A DNA stretch of 64,000 nt from a virus (IMGVR_UViG_3300020050_009224:34185-98184), one strand, 5' to 3'; counted from the first letter of the stretch, positions 10,091 through 20,558 are shown. Notes: generated from the sequence alone by a model not told the origin. Program-made: numbers and translations.

Positions 10091-10465
10091 ATGATTACTA
10101 TCAAAGCAAAAGTTAACCAATATCCAAAGAATGGCTCTATCATCTTTGTTTATTCAATCATGTCTAATCTGACTGACAAGAAGAAGGCAGAAGCAGAGCT
10201 CAAAGACTACGAAGAGACACAAGGTGCTTACTTACGTAAGGATGAGGCAGGAGATATGCTTTATTACTCACAAAGAATCTGCACTACAGGTTCTGAGCTT
10301 ACTAAGACTACTAAAGGCAGATACACTGTCCTTCAGGATCTTGAACAGAAAGCGGCGGAACTTGAGTCAGCTACTACTACAGGTCTTGGTAAACTCAATG
10401 CTATTCAGCAATTTTGTGGAATGTCAAGAGCCCAAATGACTGAAAGGCTAATGGCTTCATTCTAA
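10091..10465 (+). CDS. Hypothetical protein (first gene of the plus-strand arm)
   Basis: 124 aa, followed by a hairpin at about 10472-10508. Confidence 0.7.
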   Translation: MITIKAKVNQYPKNGSIIFVYSIMSNLTDKKKAEAELKDYEETQGAYLRKDEAGDMLYYSQRICTTGSELTKTTKGRYTVLQDLEQKAAELESATTTGLGKLNAIQQFCGMSRAQMTERLMASF

Positions 10466-10585
10466 GGATTTAAGAGGGAAGAGGGCCTTAACAGCTCACT
10501 TCTCTTTATACTAGTATAAATATATCTAGTATCTAATCCCTCTACCCTCTACTAACATTCTAAAATCCTCAATAAAATTAATTTC

Positions 10586-10909
10586 ATGAATATCAAATTA
10601 ACAGGTGAATCTAGTGATTTAACTTGTAATCCAACTAGGTCTAATATGGTAGTTAAAACTTCTTTTGGTGGTTTTAAACTTGCTGAGGAGGCCACTTGGG
10701 ATAATTGGAAAATGGGAATTGTATTTCCTAATGAAGAGAAAGCTCAATATTTTTTAAAGGCTTTTAATTCAAAAATGCTGGACTATAGAGATGGGATGTT
10801 AAAAGAAGATTATGTAGTACATGTAATTCATTTTAAATATCCTAAACCTGAAAGTTTATACGCAGATCAAATAACAATGACATCTGATTATATAACTGAA
10901 GAGTATTGA
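10586..10909 (+). CDS. Hypothetical protein
   Basis: 107 aa ORF. Confidence 0.65.
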   Translation: MNIKLTGESSDLTCNPTRSNMVVKTSFGGFKLAEEATWDNWKMGIVFPNEEKAQYFLKAFNSKMLDYRDGMLKEDYVVHVIHFKYPKPESLYADQITMTSDYITEEY

Positions 10910-11173
10910 TCTATGTTAAGATTTACTTAGTACTAACTGACTGTAACTAAAGAGAGGGTTGCCGCCACCATCTCACTTTAAGCTAGAAAGAGAGATATAG
11001 GATAGTAATCAAATACTGTCCTATTCTCTTTAGTTATAGTCTTTTAAGTTTATAATTGTTTAAACTGTTTAATTATTCAATTGATAAATTGATAAATTGT
11101 TATATTGTTAAATGATTATAACTCTTATCAACTCTAATCAACATTTCAACAACTAAACTAATCACCAAAAATC

Positions 11174-11368
11174 ATGAAAACAGCTTACATATGCTTAATA
11201 TGGTTACTCATAGTAATACTATCACTTTCAATCCAGCCTATGATAAATGCTGGATTGCATCCTAATCTTACATTCTTATATGTATTAATTGGGCTTTGTT
11301 CTTTACTTGCTTGTCTTATTACTTGGATATTTATATCTACTGATAGTAAGGTAAATTCAAAAACTTAA
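11174..11368 (+). CDS. Small membrane protein
   Basis: Two hydrophobic segments, A-rich leader. Confidence 0.55.
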   Translation: MKTAYICLIWLLIVILSLSIQPMINAGLHPNLTFLYVLIGLCSLLACLITWIFISTDSKVNSKT

Positions 11369-11525
11369 CTCTTTCCAAGATGTTGAGGACACCAGTTTCT
11401 TTGATTAAGGACACAGTATCTCATTATGTTAAAAAACAGATGATACGGCTGCATAAGACTTATTTGCTCTAACGAGAATACATTTAAGTAATAATTAATC
11501 AAAGTTTTAGGTGTAAAACACAGTT
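11367..11525 (+). ncRNA. Repeated twister-like (permuted) RNA motif, copy 1
   Basis: TTTCCAAG-A-TGTT-GA-GGA-CACC...[CTTTG/CAAAG-closed insert]...GGTG-TAA-AACA-C. Confidence 0.55.
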
Positions 11526-11960
11526 GCAAAATTAAACTAATGCAACAAATAGTAGGTACTTGTCCTACAAATCATTTAGCTGTAGGCATATAGCTATCTA
11601 AAATAACATCAGTAATTACTTCTACTGTTGTTAGATTATTATTCAAGACTATAAGCATCAATTAAGGTGTGTGATAGTGATTGTCTTATTATTATGTAAC
11701 AAAAATTAATTGCTGAAGGATTAACTCAAAATGTAGTAAATATGAGTTAGTAGATAGGCGTTTGTTATCCTTGCATTGGGAAACATCCTATAAAAATTGC
11801 CGTTATTCTTATACCGTTATTATAAGAACTTAAACAACAACACAGAATGTACAGATTAGAACTCTCAATTCTAATTAACTGAAAACACCTTGAGAAAGTG
11901 TGAATAGGTTCTACAATTAATTAAGGCTTATAACCATTAATTGTAGTATGTGTTGTTGTT

Positions 11961-12033
11961 TATTTTACTAATGCAGCTATTGTAGTAATACAATAAGAGT
12001 CCAAAGCCTCTATAAATGCAGATGGGTAAAATA
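11961..12033 (+). ncRNA. Twister ribozyme (P1 type)
   Basis: P1 TATTTTAC/GTAAAATA, UAA cleavage site, P2 TGCA/TGCA, P3 TATTGTA-GTAA-TACAATA, P4 AGAG/CTCT around loop TCCAAAGC, pseudoknots GC/GC and CCA/TGG after conserved GA. Confidence 0.85.
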
Positions 12034-12105
12034 GAGTAAACTATTCAAATCAGGTGTTCAACACTACCTATAATAAAGTGTGTTGTAAAACAAAAATTTA
12101 AAACA

Positions 12106-12288
12106 ATGTCAGAAAAAGAGTTTGACTTTCATGTAGATAATAAAATTAGTCAATTAATGAAAGCAGTAGCAGATTATCAAAATAATCCTGATAAAGCTAA
12201 AGATTATATTTTTACCACAGTAAAAAACATAGTTAAATCTTCAAAGGAATTTGGTAAAATGACTGTTGCAGAAGAATTATTTGGTTAG
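12106..12288 (+). CDS. Hypothetical protein
   Basis: 60 aa ORF with A-rich leader. Confidence 0.55.
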   Translation: MSEKEFDFHVDNKISQLMKAVADYQNNPDKAKDYIFTTVKNIVKSSKEFGKMTVAEELFG

Positions 12289-12374
12289 TTTATTAGTTGT
12301 AGGTAATCTATAAACCTTCATTTTTTTCATTCACTTAACAACCACTGGCAAGTTGTAATAATATGTAAAATAAA

Positions 12375-12614
12375 ATGGAACAAGAAATTACATTTGAATC
12401 ACACCCTATTTCTTTTATTCAACAACTTGAACAAGAAATAGAAGATAACCACCCTTCAAGATTAACATCAGAAGATATTGAAGATGTATCTGATAATTAT
12501 CAAGCACATTTAGAATATAAATGGTGGAAAGATGAACAATCTGAATTAATTAAAGATTTAAAATCTCAGCTTACAAAAGAGCAATTAGAACTTTATAATC
12601 AACTTAATTCATAA
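12375..12614 (+). CDS. Acidic hypothetical protein
   Basis: 79 aa ORF. Confidence 0.6.
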   Translation: MEQEITFESHPISFIQQLEQEIEDNHPSRLTSEDIEDVSDNYQAHLEYKWWKDEQSELIKDLKSQLTKEQLELYNQLNS

Positions 12615-12670
12615 AACATTTGAGTTTAGGGGAGATTGTATCAAACCTGAACTTATTAAAAAACTTAAAT

Positions 12671-12802
12671 AACTTTCCAAGTTGTTGAGGACACTAAGTT
12701 TCTTTGATAATAAGTGTGAAGAATCACTTTCAGGATTAAGCAGACCCAACTTTATAGTTAGCGGAGCTAAATGTATTTATCAAAGTTTTTAGTGTAAAAC
12801 AC
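12671..12802 (+). ncRNA. Repeated twister-like RNA motif, copy 2
   Basis: Same core with a compensatory CACT/AGTG stem. Confidence 0.55.
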
Positions 12803-13340
12803 AGATTCTGTATATATCTGTTTTTTATCAAAGAAAAGAAAACTCTTTTAGAAACAAATTAGTCTCAACACAATGAGAGCCTTAAACAAACACTTGACTC
12901 TTCAGGTGATTATGAAGGTAAGTAGGGTTATTTGTTTATCCTACTAAATTTAAAGACTGGTAAACCAGCAGAATGTGGATGTTTCTGTATTATAACTCCA
13001 CCTAATTGAGTTTTCTTTTTCTTCTTTCTAAACACAAACCAATAAACAAACTAAAGCTATGTACACAGGACACAAACTTACTCTTATCAACATACAATGT
13101 AGATGTAAGAGGATTACACAATTTGTACAATTACCTACATATAATGGTAAAGCTGTACTTCATCAATCAACAAAAGAAAAAAGTAAGACAAAAAAGAATT
13201 CCTTTGTCCTGGTGGCTACTACCTTTAGAGTAGTATAAGTAGCTACTAGTATAAATACTGCTAAGTTACTACATTTTTTCCACATATTTGTCATAATACT
13301 ATCATTTATTTTACACCTGTTTAACCAAATAACTAAACTA

Positions 13341-13496
13341 ATGGCTAAATTTTTAATTTTTGTACTTCTTATCTGTTTTATTACCTCAAGTTGTTCCACA
13401 TCTAAAGGTTATAACTATAAAGCCCATCATGCTAAATCTATAAAATATAAACATAACAATGAGCATGGTAAATATATGAAATGTAAAAAACACTAA
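13341..13496 (+). CDS. Small putative lipoprotein (51 aa)
   Basis: MAKFLIFVLLICFITSSC-STSKGY...: signal peptide with lipobox-like TSSC; below the ORF-track cutoff. Confidence 0.5.
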   Translation: MAKFLIFVLLICFITSSCSTSKGYNYKAHHAKSIKYKHNNEHGKYMKCKKH

Positions 13497-13636
13497 AATC
13501 CCAAAACTTATGTACCAATATCTTACCACATTTGACTATGAATCAGAAGCTGAAAGAATGGACAATTCCATTTTATCTCTTAGTTCTTTAAGAACAATTG
13601 TAAATTCATTTATAATGCCTTAAATACTCTAAAAAG

Positions 13637-13822
13637 ATGAATGAAATATCTTATTCTAAAGATTCTAAAGCTGAAAAAATGCTTAAAAAAGCAATGAAAG
13701 TAGTAGATGATTATCTAAATGCTGGATTTAAAGAAGAACGAACATTAGCTCATAACAAAGCTAAAAAACTTTATAAGGAATATTATGGAGTTGAATACAA
13801 GAATAGAGAAGAAAGGAGGTAA
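13637..13822 (+). CDS. Hypothetical protein
   Basis: 61 aa ORF. Confidence 0.55.
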   Translation: MNEISYSKDSKAEKMLKKAMKVVDDYLNAGFKEERTLAHNKAKKLYKEYYGVEYKNREERR

Positions 13823-13908
13823 ACATGCCTAAATACGACTATTCAGTTCAAGTATTAGAATCTATATATGATTATGTAGATTCATTCTTTGATTAATAAA
13901 AAAAACTT

Positions 13909-14006
13909 AACTCTTTCCAAGATGTTGAGGACACCTAGTTCTTTGTAGCAACGCTCATGCTGTAAGTACATTAGTACTAAGTGAACAAAGTTTTGGTGTA
14001 AAACAC
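13909..14006 (+). ncRNA. Repeated twister-like RNA motif, copy 3
   Basis: Same core, shortest internal insert. Confidence 0.55.
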
Positions 14007-14237
14007 AAAAAAAAGAATAATGTACTAGAGATTCTTTCAAATTATCATCTAGGAGAATAAGTCTTTAAGGATTGTAATAATCTCAATAAAAATCAATTCT
14101 TTAACAAAAAAAGCCAGCTATGAGTGAGATCATAGTAATTTGATAGAACAGTAGAGACTTACGAAAAACGCAAGGAGGCTGTTCATTTTGCTATTCATAA
14201 CCAATTCAATAACTAAAGCTGCTCACATATCAGTTAT

Positions 14238-14480
14238 ATGTGCAAAAACATGTCTTATACAACACCTTCTCCAAATCCAGAATCAAGAATTACTGTATTT
14301 GATTTTTATACAGATAATTTTACAACACTAGATGCAGATTGCACTAAAGCTGTAGGTTATCAAGTTAAACCAAATGATATTTGGTCAATAAATATAAGAG
14401 AACATGAACTCAGAAGATTACATGTAACCTTGACTATTATTTATTGGAGTCTTGAATCAGTTGCAAAAAGAAATTCATAA
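14238..14480 (+). CDS. Hypothetical protein
   Basis: 80 aa ORF. Confidence 0.5.
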   Translation: MCKNMSYTTPSPNPESRITVFDFYTDNFTTLDADCTKAVGYQVKPNDIWSINIREHELRRLHVTLTIIYWSLESVAKRNS

Positions 14481-14947
14481 ACTTTGGTTAGCCTGCGATA
14501 ACATCAACGGCTAACTATTTTAACTTAAAAGTGCAGTATTTGATAGGCATATCGTAATACGAAATTGACTGAACAATACCTTTCTACAGAATAGGGTATA
14601 AAGTATAATTAAGCTGTGATGGCTATTATTCCTTAAATGAGGATATAGTACTCTGTGAAGAGTTAATTAATTGAACTGAAAAAACACAAATTATACATAT
14701 TGTGTGATTTTACATGGACCATAAGGTGTGATAATAACGCCTGATCCTAAATATTATGTTGAGCTTAAAAAGAAGCTCAATTAGAATGTAGTAGTAATAC
14801 TATGACTAAGCTCCTCAAGCCAATATTATGTGTAATCTTATCAAAGGTAGGAATACCAATAACAGTTCATAGAGGTAATGTATAATCCTCTATTTCAAGC
14901 ACTTTTAATTTAAAATAAAAACACAATAACTCTAAATAATAAAACCA

Positions 14948-15157
14948 ATGAAAGTATTTCAGTATTTCTTCATGCTATTTACAGCAGCCCTAATTTGCTT
15001 ATTAACTCATTGTATTGGATATGGATTTTTAAGCAATAAAGTCTTAAATTACAATGATATCTCATTTATGGGATGGATTGGAACAATAATCTGGTATGGA
15101 TTTATATTTTCTGCTGCACATGTAATGTATATGCAATACCTTGAAGAAAATAAATAA
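14948..15157 (+). CDS. Small membrane protein
   Basis: Two hydrophobic segments. Confidence 0.55.
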   Translation: MKVFQYFFMLFTAALICLLTHCIGYGFLSNKVLNYNDISFMGWIGTIIWYGFIFSAAHVMYMQYLEENK

Positions 15158-15336
15158 TTTTTAACGTGCTTTTTCGACACCGAAATGGTGTAAAGTAACC
15201 CAATATCTGATTATAACTTATAATATGAGTTTAAGAAACTTTGTACCAGTAATAGCTGGAGTAATACAATATGTATTCGTAAGTCTTAGCAGTGAGGGTT
15301 ATTTTTAATTCACTAAAACTATAAAACTATGAAACT

Positions 15337-15486
15337 ATGAAAATACCAACTTATGGATATTTATGCACATGTAGTAATTGTGGATGTGCATTAACAGCTA
15401 AAGTTACAATTAATCTATATCTTGGTTCAGGTTACTATTGTAGTAATTGTAAATCAAATGTAGATAAAGAATTATATGGTAAATAA
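15337..15486 (+). CDS. Small zinc-ribbon protein (49 aa)
   Basis: CSNC...CSNC pairs; below the ORF-track cutoff. Confidence 0.5.
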   Translation: MKIPTYGYLCTCSNCGCALTAKVTINLYLGSGYYCSNCKSNVDKELYGK

Positions 15487-16015
15487 CAGATCCTTCGTAC
15501 ATAAAGTATTCACTATTTTTCCCAATAGATGCGCAAATGGGTTTTTAGTGTTTAGTGAGTATATATTAATAGTAGAATGTCATCACCCTCTGTAGTGGAG
15601 GAAGAATTCAAGCTTATTATTAGTAAGAGTCTCACACTGTTGGATCTTAAAAATGATTAATTATCAATTACCGAAAGTGGGGATTAAAATACACGGGTAA
15701 TTAGTCATTTTCATTATTCTTATTATAAGGAGAGTATTCGTAAATGATGCTTTCGTGTCTGTATTGGGGAAGCTGTGTGAAGATGCACAGCTCTCCTTAT
15801 AATATGAATTATTATTCTACAAATAAAGAGATTTAATCTCATACTAAATAGTTAGAGATTTAGCTAGTATTGTTAGTTACTCGAATAATTAAATGTAATT
15901 CGAGCATTTACTAGCTAATCTCTTTATTTATAGATATTTCCTCCTATGGATAGCCCAGCATAGGCTCTCCTATATTCATACTTTATAGTATTAGTATAGG
16001 GGAGAGAAGGAATAC

Positions 16016-16127
16016 TGGGCCTAATGTACCACAACTCATTTCCCAAGGATGAACAATTGTAATAATGCTAGGAATAGATTAGTATACATAAATACTAAGA
16101 GGATTACAATTGAGTACAGAGGGTTTA
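16016..16127 (+). ncRNA. Twister ribozyme candidate with long P5 and weak P1
   Basis: TAA-TGTA-CC...TCAT-TTCCCAAGG-ATGA-[CAATTGTAAT..ATTACAATTG]-..TACA-GA-GGG. Confidence 0.55.
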
Positions 16128-16560
16128 AAACAAAACTGGAGCTTTCTAGCTAATCTTTTGAATGTCTTTGATAGTTTAACTACCTCAAAGTTTTAGCTCT
16201 AAACTATTATTAAATCCTTCTCAACTGAGTAATTGTTTTTATTAAACAAATTGCGTTGACATTCTAAACAGTTTTAAAATTTAATCTAGGAACTGTAAAG
16301 GGCAGCTCACCAAAAGTTTAAAACAAGAAGAGATTTGATTCATCTCCTAGATTATTTAATAACAACTAATACTTAAAAAACATGATGCCAGAACTAACAC
16401 CTAGCTTTTTAAATCACTTAAGGTATTTACCTATAGTGTGGAATGCAACTCCTAAATCTTGTAAAATGGATAAAAGAATAGGATGTAGAATACAACCATT
16501 AGACATTGATACATTGATTTATGGAGTAGATTCAGTAATCTTTTTAAACTAGTTAAAACT

Positions 16561-16905
16561 ATGATTAAATTTAAAAAAATAATAGCAAAAGAAAACAACT
16601 TCATTTATAGATTTAATCTTTACCTTAAAAAAGGCTCTATCAAATTACATTTAATATGTAGCGATGATACAAGAGAACCTCATAATCATCCTTGGGATTT
16701 TAAGAGCTTAATATTGTTTGGAGGTTACAAAGAGTTTAATGAAAAAGGAGTACAAACTAATTTTAGATTTTTATCTGTAAATAAAAAAGATACTTCTGTT
16801 TTTCATAGATTGGAGTTGTACAAACTATTGGGTATTAAAATACCTTGTTTAACCATTGGTAGATATTCAGAAAAAAAACAAACTTTTACATTCTTTAAAA
16901 CTTAA
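16561..16905 (+). CDS. Cupin-fold protein
   Basis: LH...D...PHNHPW.F.S.IL.GGY.E...FHR.EL metal-binding pattern. Confidence 0.65.
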   Translation: MIKFKKIIAKENNFIYRFNLYLKKGSIKLHLICSDDTREPHNHPWDFKSLILFGGYKEFNEKGVQTNFRFLSVNKKDTSVFHRLELYKLLGIKIPCLTIGRYSEKKQTFTFFKT

Positions 16906-16908
16906 ACT

Positions 16909-17229
16909 ATGGCTGAAAGAAGAATAAAAAAAGATATTACATATATAGATCCAAGTAAAAAAGGAGCTTTATTATTATCTAAAAACAGAAAAATACAACT
17001 AACAAGACTTAAGCCTAAAAATGCTGATGATGGATTTAATATTCTTATTAGATCAACTTTGGGTGATGTAACAAAACCAGCTGTTGAGCACAAAGTTTTA
17101 AAAGGTAAGGTTAGACAGTCACAAATTACTATTTCTTCAGAAGCAATGGCAGAAATTGTTAATATGTATCACATACTTACAGAAAAATCTGATTCAATTA
17201 CATTAACTTGGAAAGAAAAACAATCTTAA
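16909..17229 (+). CDS. Hypothetical protein
   Basis: 106 aa ORF. Confidence 0.6.
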   Translation: MAERRIKKDITYIDPSKKGALLLSKNRKIQLTRLKPKNADDGFNILIRSTLGDVTKPAVEHKVLKGKVRQSQITISSEAMAEIVNMYHILTEKSDSITLTWKEKQS

Positions 17230-17604
17230 AACAAATAAACAAATGGAAGAATTAATTGAAACTCCTTCAAAGAATAAACTTTTCAAAATTAGAAAAGGAT
17301 ATTCTAAGACAATGCACAATCTTATGAAAAAATACAATGTAAAAACTGTAGAAGAGTATCGTAAAATCAGAAAAGCAAACAGAAAAAAATTAAGAAGCGA
17401 CCTGTAGTTAGGACAGGTTTTTGGTTTAGGTTTAGTGACTTAGGGTAGGAAACGTTCTACCCTTTGTTTTAGATTTAAGATATGAATAATTTCATAAATA
17501 AAAGAGAGCCAATCTAACCACATTTGTAGTGGAGAAAAGGATGAATTTGTAAATGACCAAGTATCTTGAATCTAAAACAATTGTTTAATTAAATCTTTAA
17601 AAAC

Positions 17605-17781
17605 ATGAAACTAACAATTTTAATCTTATCTGTTATTTGTATTGCAATTTGTATACATGCTAATTATATCCAAACTCAATACAGAAAACAAAATTTACAA
17701 TTAATCCATGTTGTAAATAGACAAAAGAACAAAATTTGGATGTATGAGCATTGTTACACAATAACATGTAAACAAAAATAA
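17605..17781 (+). CDS. Small membrane-anchored protein, paralog A (58 aa)
   Basis: MKLTILILSVICIAICIHANY...WMYEHCYTITCK; paralog of 19024..19212. Confidence 0.65.
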   Translation: MKLTILILSVICIAICIHANYIQTQYRKQNLQLIHVVNRQKNKIWMYEHCYTITCKQK

Positions 17782-19023
17782 CAAGTGACCCAAGAGGATT
17801 AATTCCACAATGTAAACTTGTTTAAAGAATAACTCAATATATGATTATAACTTACTTAATACCAAGAATAATTACTAGATGTTTGGTGTTGTAACACATT
17901 AATCTTACACCTATTAGGTAATTTGCATTGAGAGTTATTCTTTCTTTTATTTAGTATAGAGAAATACTCAAGAACCCTATACTGTCTGTTATTGCAACAT
18001 CTATAGAATGACTAAGAAATCTTGTGTCTCTGTACTAAATAAAAGTAATTTAAAAACTTAAAATCACTTGCTTGAAGATAAACAATAACGTATGAATTGG
18101 TAGATAGGTAAGGTTCGATTCCTGTAAATTGTCCCTATTATTGTTATAAACTGTACTAGCAGTTGTGTTTATTGTAAAGATATTATTGAAAAATGAGTTT
18201 GCGAGTGTTAATTCATGGCGCGATTATTAAAATGATATAGTATTCCACTAGAATTTGGACAAGTGATTTTATTAATGCACCATCTCATGTAGATATAATC
18301 GACTTCTTAGTGTCTCTTAGAGATAAAGAACTTGCTAAGCTGATTGGAGTAATCCATGTAATATTGGAGCTAGTCTAACCTAAAGGGTAGAGAATTGTAA
18401 AGCATACTTGAAAATACATTGCATTGCATAAAATATGGTTCGAGTCCAGGAGGTCATGTTGTAAACAGCATGGCATCCAATAGGGTAGGTGGGTGCCCAA
18501 TGTATATAATCTAAGTAAAGTATGTGGTGGCAGCTAAGTGTTAAACTGTAGGATTAATTACCTATGTATGCGGGAACTTAGCCTCAACAATAGTAATATT
18601 GTTGTAGTAGTTGTTAAGTTGATAAAGGAATAAGTCATGTATGAACTCCTCAAATAACAACATTGTGCAGACTGGAGTGATTACCAGTAACAAAAAATTA
18701 AAAATTATGAATTGGAATAGTGATTGGACTAAAAATTTTCCTGTAACTTTAGGGATAGGAATTAGTTTAGGAATATTAATTGGAGTATTATTATGTATTA
18801 ATTTATTTCAATTATATTAAAGAACTTTTAGTATATAAGACAGACTTTATACAGATAAAATACAAGTACCTAAAGGTTTAAAGAGGGAACTTATGTTGTT
18901 AGACAGTTTAAAAACAGAATGTGACAGTATTGAAAAAACTGGAAGGATGTCACAATAACAAAGTGATTAAGGTTGAACACGCTTGTATTTTTATTAAATA
19001 TTAACTTTAAAAACAAAAAAAAC

Positions 19024-19212
19024 ATGAAACTAACAATTTTAATCTTATCAATTATTTGTATTGCAGTTTGTGTACATGCTAATTATGTGCAAGAAAGATA
19101 CAAAAAACAAAATCTTGCTCTTATCTATGCTTTTAATCGTCAAAGAAATAAAGTATGGATGTATGAACACTGTTACAAGATTACTTGTAAAGATAATGTA
19201 AAAACTAACTAA
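19024..19212 (+). CDS. Small membrane-anchored protein, paralog B
   Basis: Start ATG 19024 supported by alignment with paralog A. Confidence 0.65.
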   Translation: MKLTILILSIICIAVCVHANYVQERYKKQNLALIYAFNRQRNKVWMYEHCYKITCKDNVKTN

Positions 19213-19214
19213 GT

Positions 19215-19475
19215 ATGTATTTCTACTTATTTCTAACCTTAGTTATGATAATATGGAATATTTATCAAGTTAATCCTTGTTTATTTTCATTACATGCTAA
19301 ATATCTATATTTCTTTAATGGTAAACACAATATCTATAAATGCCATCTGTGTACTAATTATAAAAGTACTAGGACACCAAAAACAATGTATGGTAATTTA
19401 AAGGTAAATCAAAAATATCATAAAACTTTGGTAACACAGAGTTTTAAATTCATAAAATCTACTTATCTTTTTTAA
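19215..19475 (+). CDS. Hypothetical membrane-anchored protein
   Basis: 86 aa, N-terminal hydrophobic segment, CxxC. Confidence 0.45.
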   Translation: MYFYLFLTLVMIIWNIYQVNPCLFSLHAKYLYFFNGKHNIYKCHLCTNYKSTRTPKTMYGNLKVNQKYHKTLVTQSFKFIKSTYLF

Positions 19476-19655
19476 ACCATTCCTTTGTATAGTTGTAATA
19501 ACAGTGACGGTGCTGGAATAAATATTAGCTGACCTTAATTTAAAGACCAGTAATGGTGTGCCATAAGAGAAATCTCACTAATCAAAGGAATCACCGATGT
19601 ATATATGGTATTGGGACTAACTATAAACTATGTAAATACCTGTGATTTATAATAG

Positions 19656-19952
19656 ATGTTAGAATATTTATTTATTACAACTTACATTGGAATTAAAAAC
19701 TTAAATAATATGAAGATAGGAGATAAACTCATTGATCTTGATAATTCTTTTATAGAATATGTCAAATTATACAATAAAGACATTGAAAAAGAAGAGAATA
19801 AAATGCTTATTGTAAAAAGAGAAGATTGTATTATTAAGGATATAATCAATGATTCTATTCAAGTTTATATAAGTAAATGCACAAATCATGGTATAAATTG
19901 TTTACAATGGTTCAGAATAGAAAATTTTAATAAAAGATTCAAACTTAAATGA
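19656..19952 (+). CDS. Hypothetical protein
   Basis: ORF; real start probably the internal MKIGD. Confidence 0.55.
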   Translation: MLEYLFITTYIGIKNLNNMKIGDKLIDLDNSFIEYVKLYNKDIEKEENKMLIVKREDCIIKDIINDSIQVYISKCTNHGINCLQWFRIENFNKRFKLK

Positions 19953-20130
19953 TAAAGGTAAATCAAAGTTAAAAAACAAAAAGAAAGTTTTATGTGTAGA
20001 AGATAATCAAATATTTGATTCTTTAACACAAGCTTCTGAACATTACAATATTTCAATAACCACTATATCTAACATATTACATGGAAAAAGTAAAAAAGCA
20101 AGGAATGGAAAGTCTTTTCGTTTCTTATGA
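19951..20130 (+). pseudogene. NUMOD1/HTH remnant of a homing endonuclease
   Basis: Frame reads KKKVLCVEDNQIFDSLTQASEHYNISITTISNILHGKSKKARNGKSFRFL*, with no ATG after the upstream in-frame stop at 19918. Confidence 0.55.
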
Positions 20131-20557
20131 GTTGGCTTTATTAGCTAAAGAAAAAGGATTTGATGAGCCTTGTTTTGCTGCTTGGTTTAAATATACAATA
20201 CTAAATGATAAAAAGATTGAATTAACTAAGCCAAAAGATAGTATTTATGGTGAAAATTTTCTTTTTAAAAATTCATTAGAAATATTTATAGATAATAGTA
20301 TAAGTGGTAAAGGAGATGGAGCTAAATGTTCAGCACCTCTTTATCAACAATTAGTTGATTGGTTTAGAGAAAAACATAAACTATATATCGAAGTTTCTTG
20401 GATTACAACAAATGATGAAATAAATCATAAAGTTAATTTTTGGTATATGATAACTAAAGAAGATGTTTTAGAATTTGATTTAGAATCTCCAAAAGAATTT
20501 GACTCATATTATGAAGCTCTAAACAAAGCATTAACTGAAGCATTTAAACTAATTTAA
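20081..20557 (+). CDS. Conserved Bacteroidota-phage protein
   Basis: ELALLAKEKGFDEPC...APLYQQLVDWFREKH pattern; likely start 20105. Confidence 0.65.
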   Translation: MEKVKKQGMESLFVSYELALLAKEKGFDEPCFAAWFKYTILNDKKIELTKPKDSIYGENFLFKNSLEIFIDNSISGKGDGAKCSAPLYQQLVDWFREKHKLYIEVSWITTNDEINHKVNFWYMITKEDVLEFDLESPKEFDSYYEALNKALTEAFKLI

Positions 20558-20558
20558 C

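Noticed and set aside
10586-10909. Member of the YExY family (ends TEEY)
   Set aside because: Lacks the first aromatic and the hydrophobic position, and lies far from the arrays.
11367-14006. CRISPR array interpretation of the repeats
   Set aside because: Only three bipartite copies more than 1 kb apart, with no repeat-spacer periodicity and no cas genes.
14715-14830. Pistol-like ribozyme
   Set aside because: A TAAAT linker and TAAG..AAGC are present, but the required pseudoknot pairing could not be found.
18105-18455. tRNA genes at GGTTCGATTCC and GGTTCGAGTCC
   Set aside because: T-loop hairpins only; no cloverleaf could be built.
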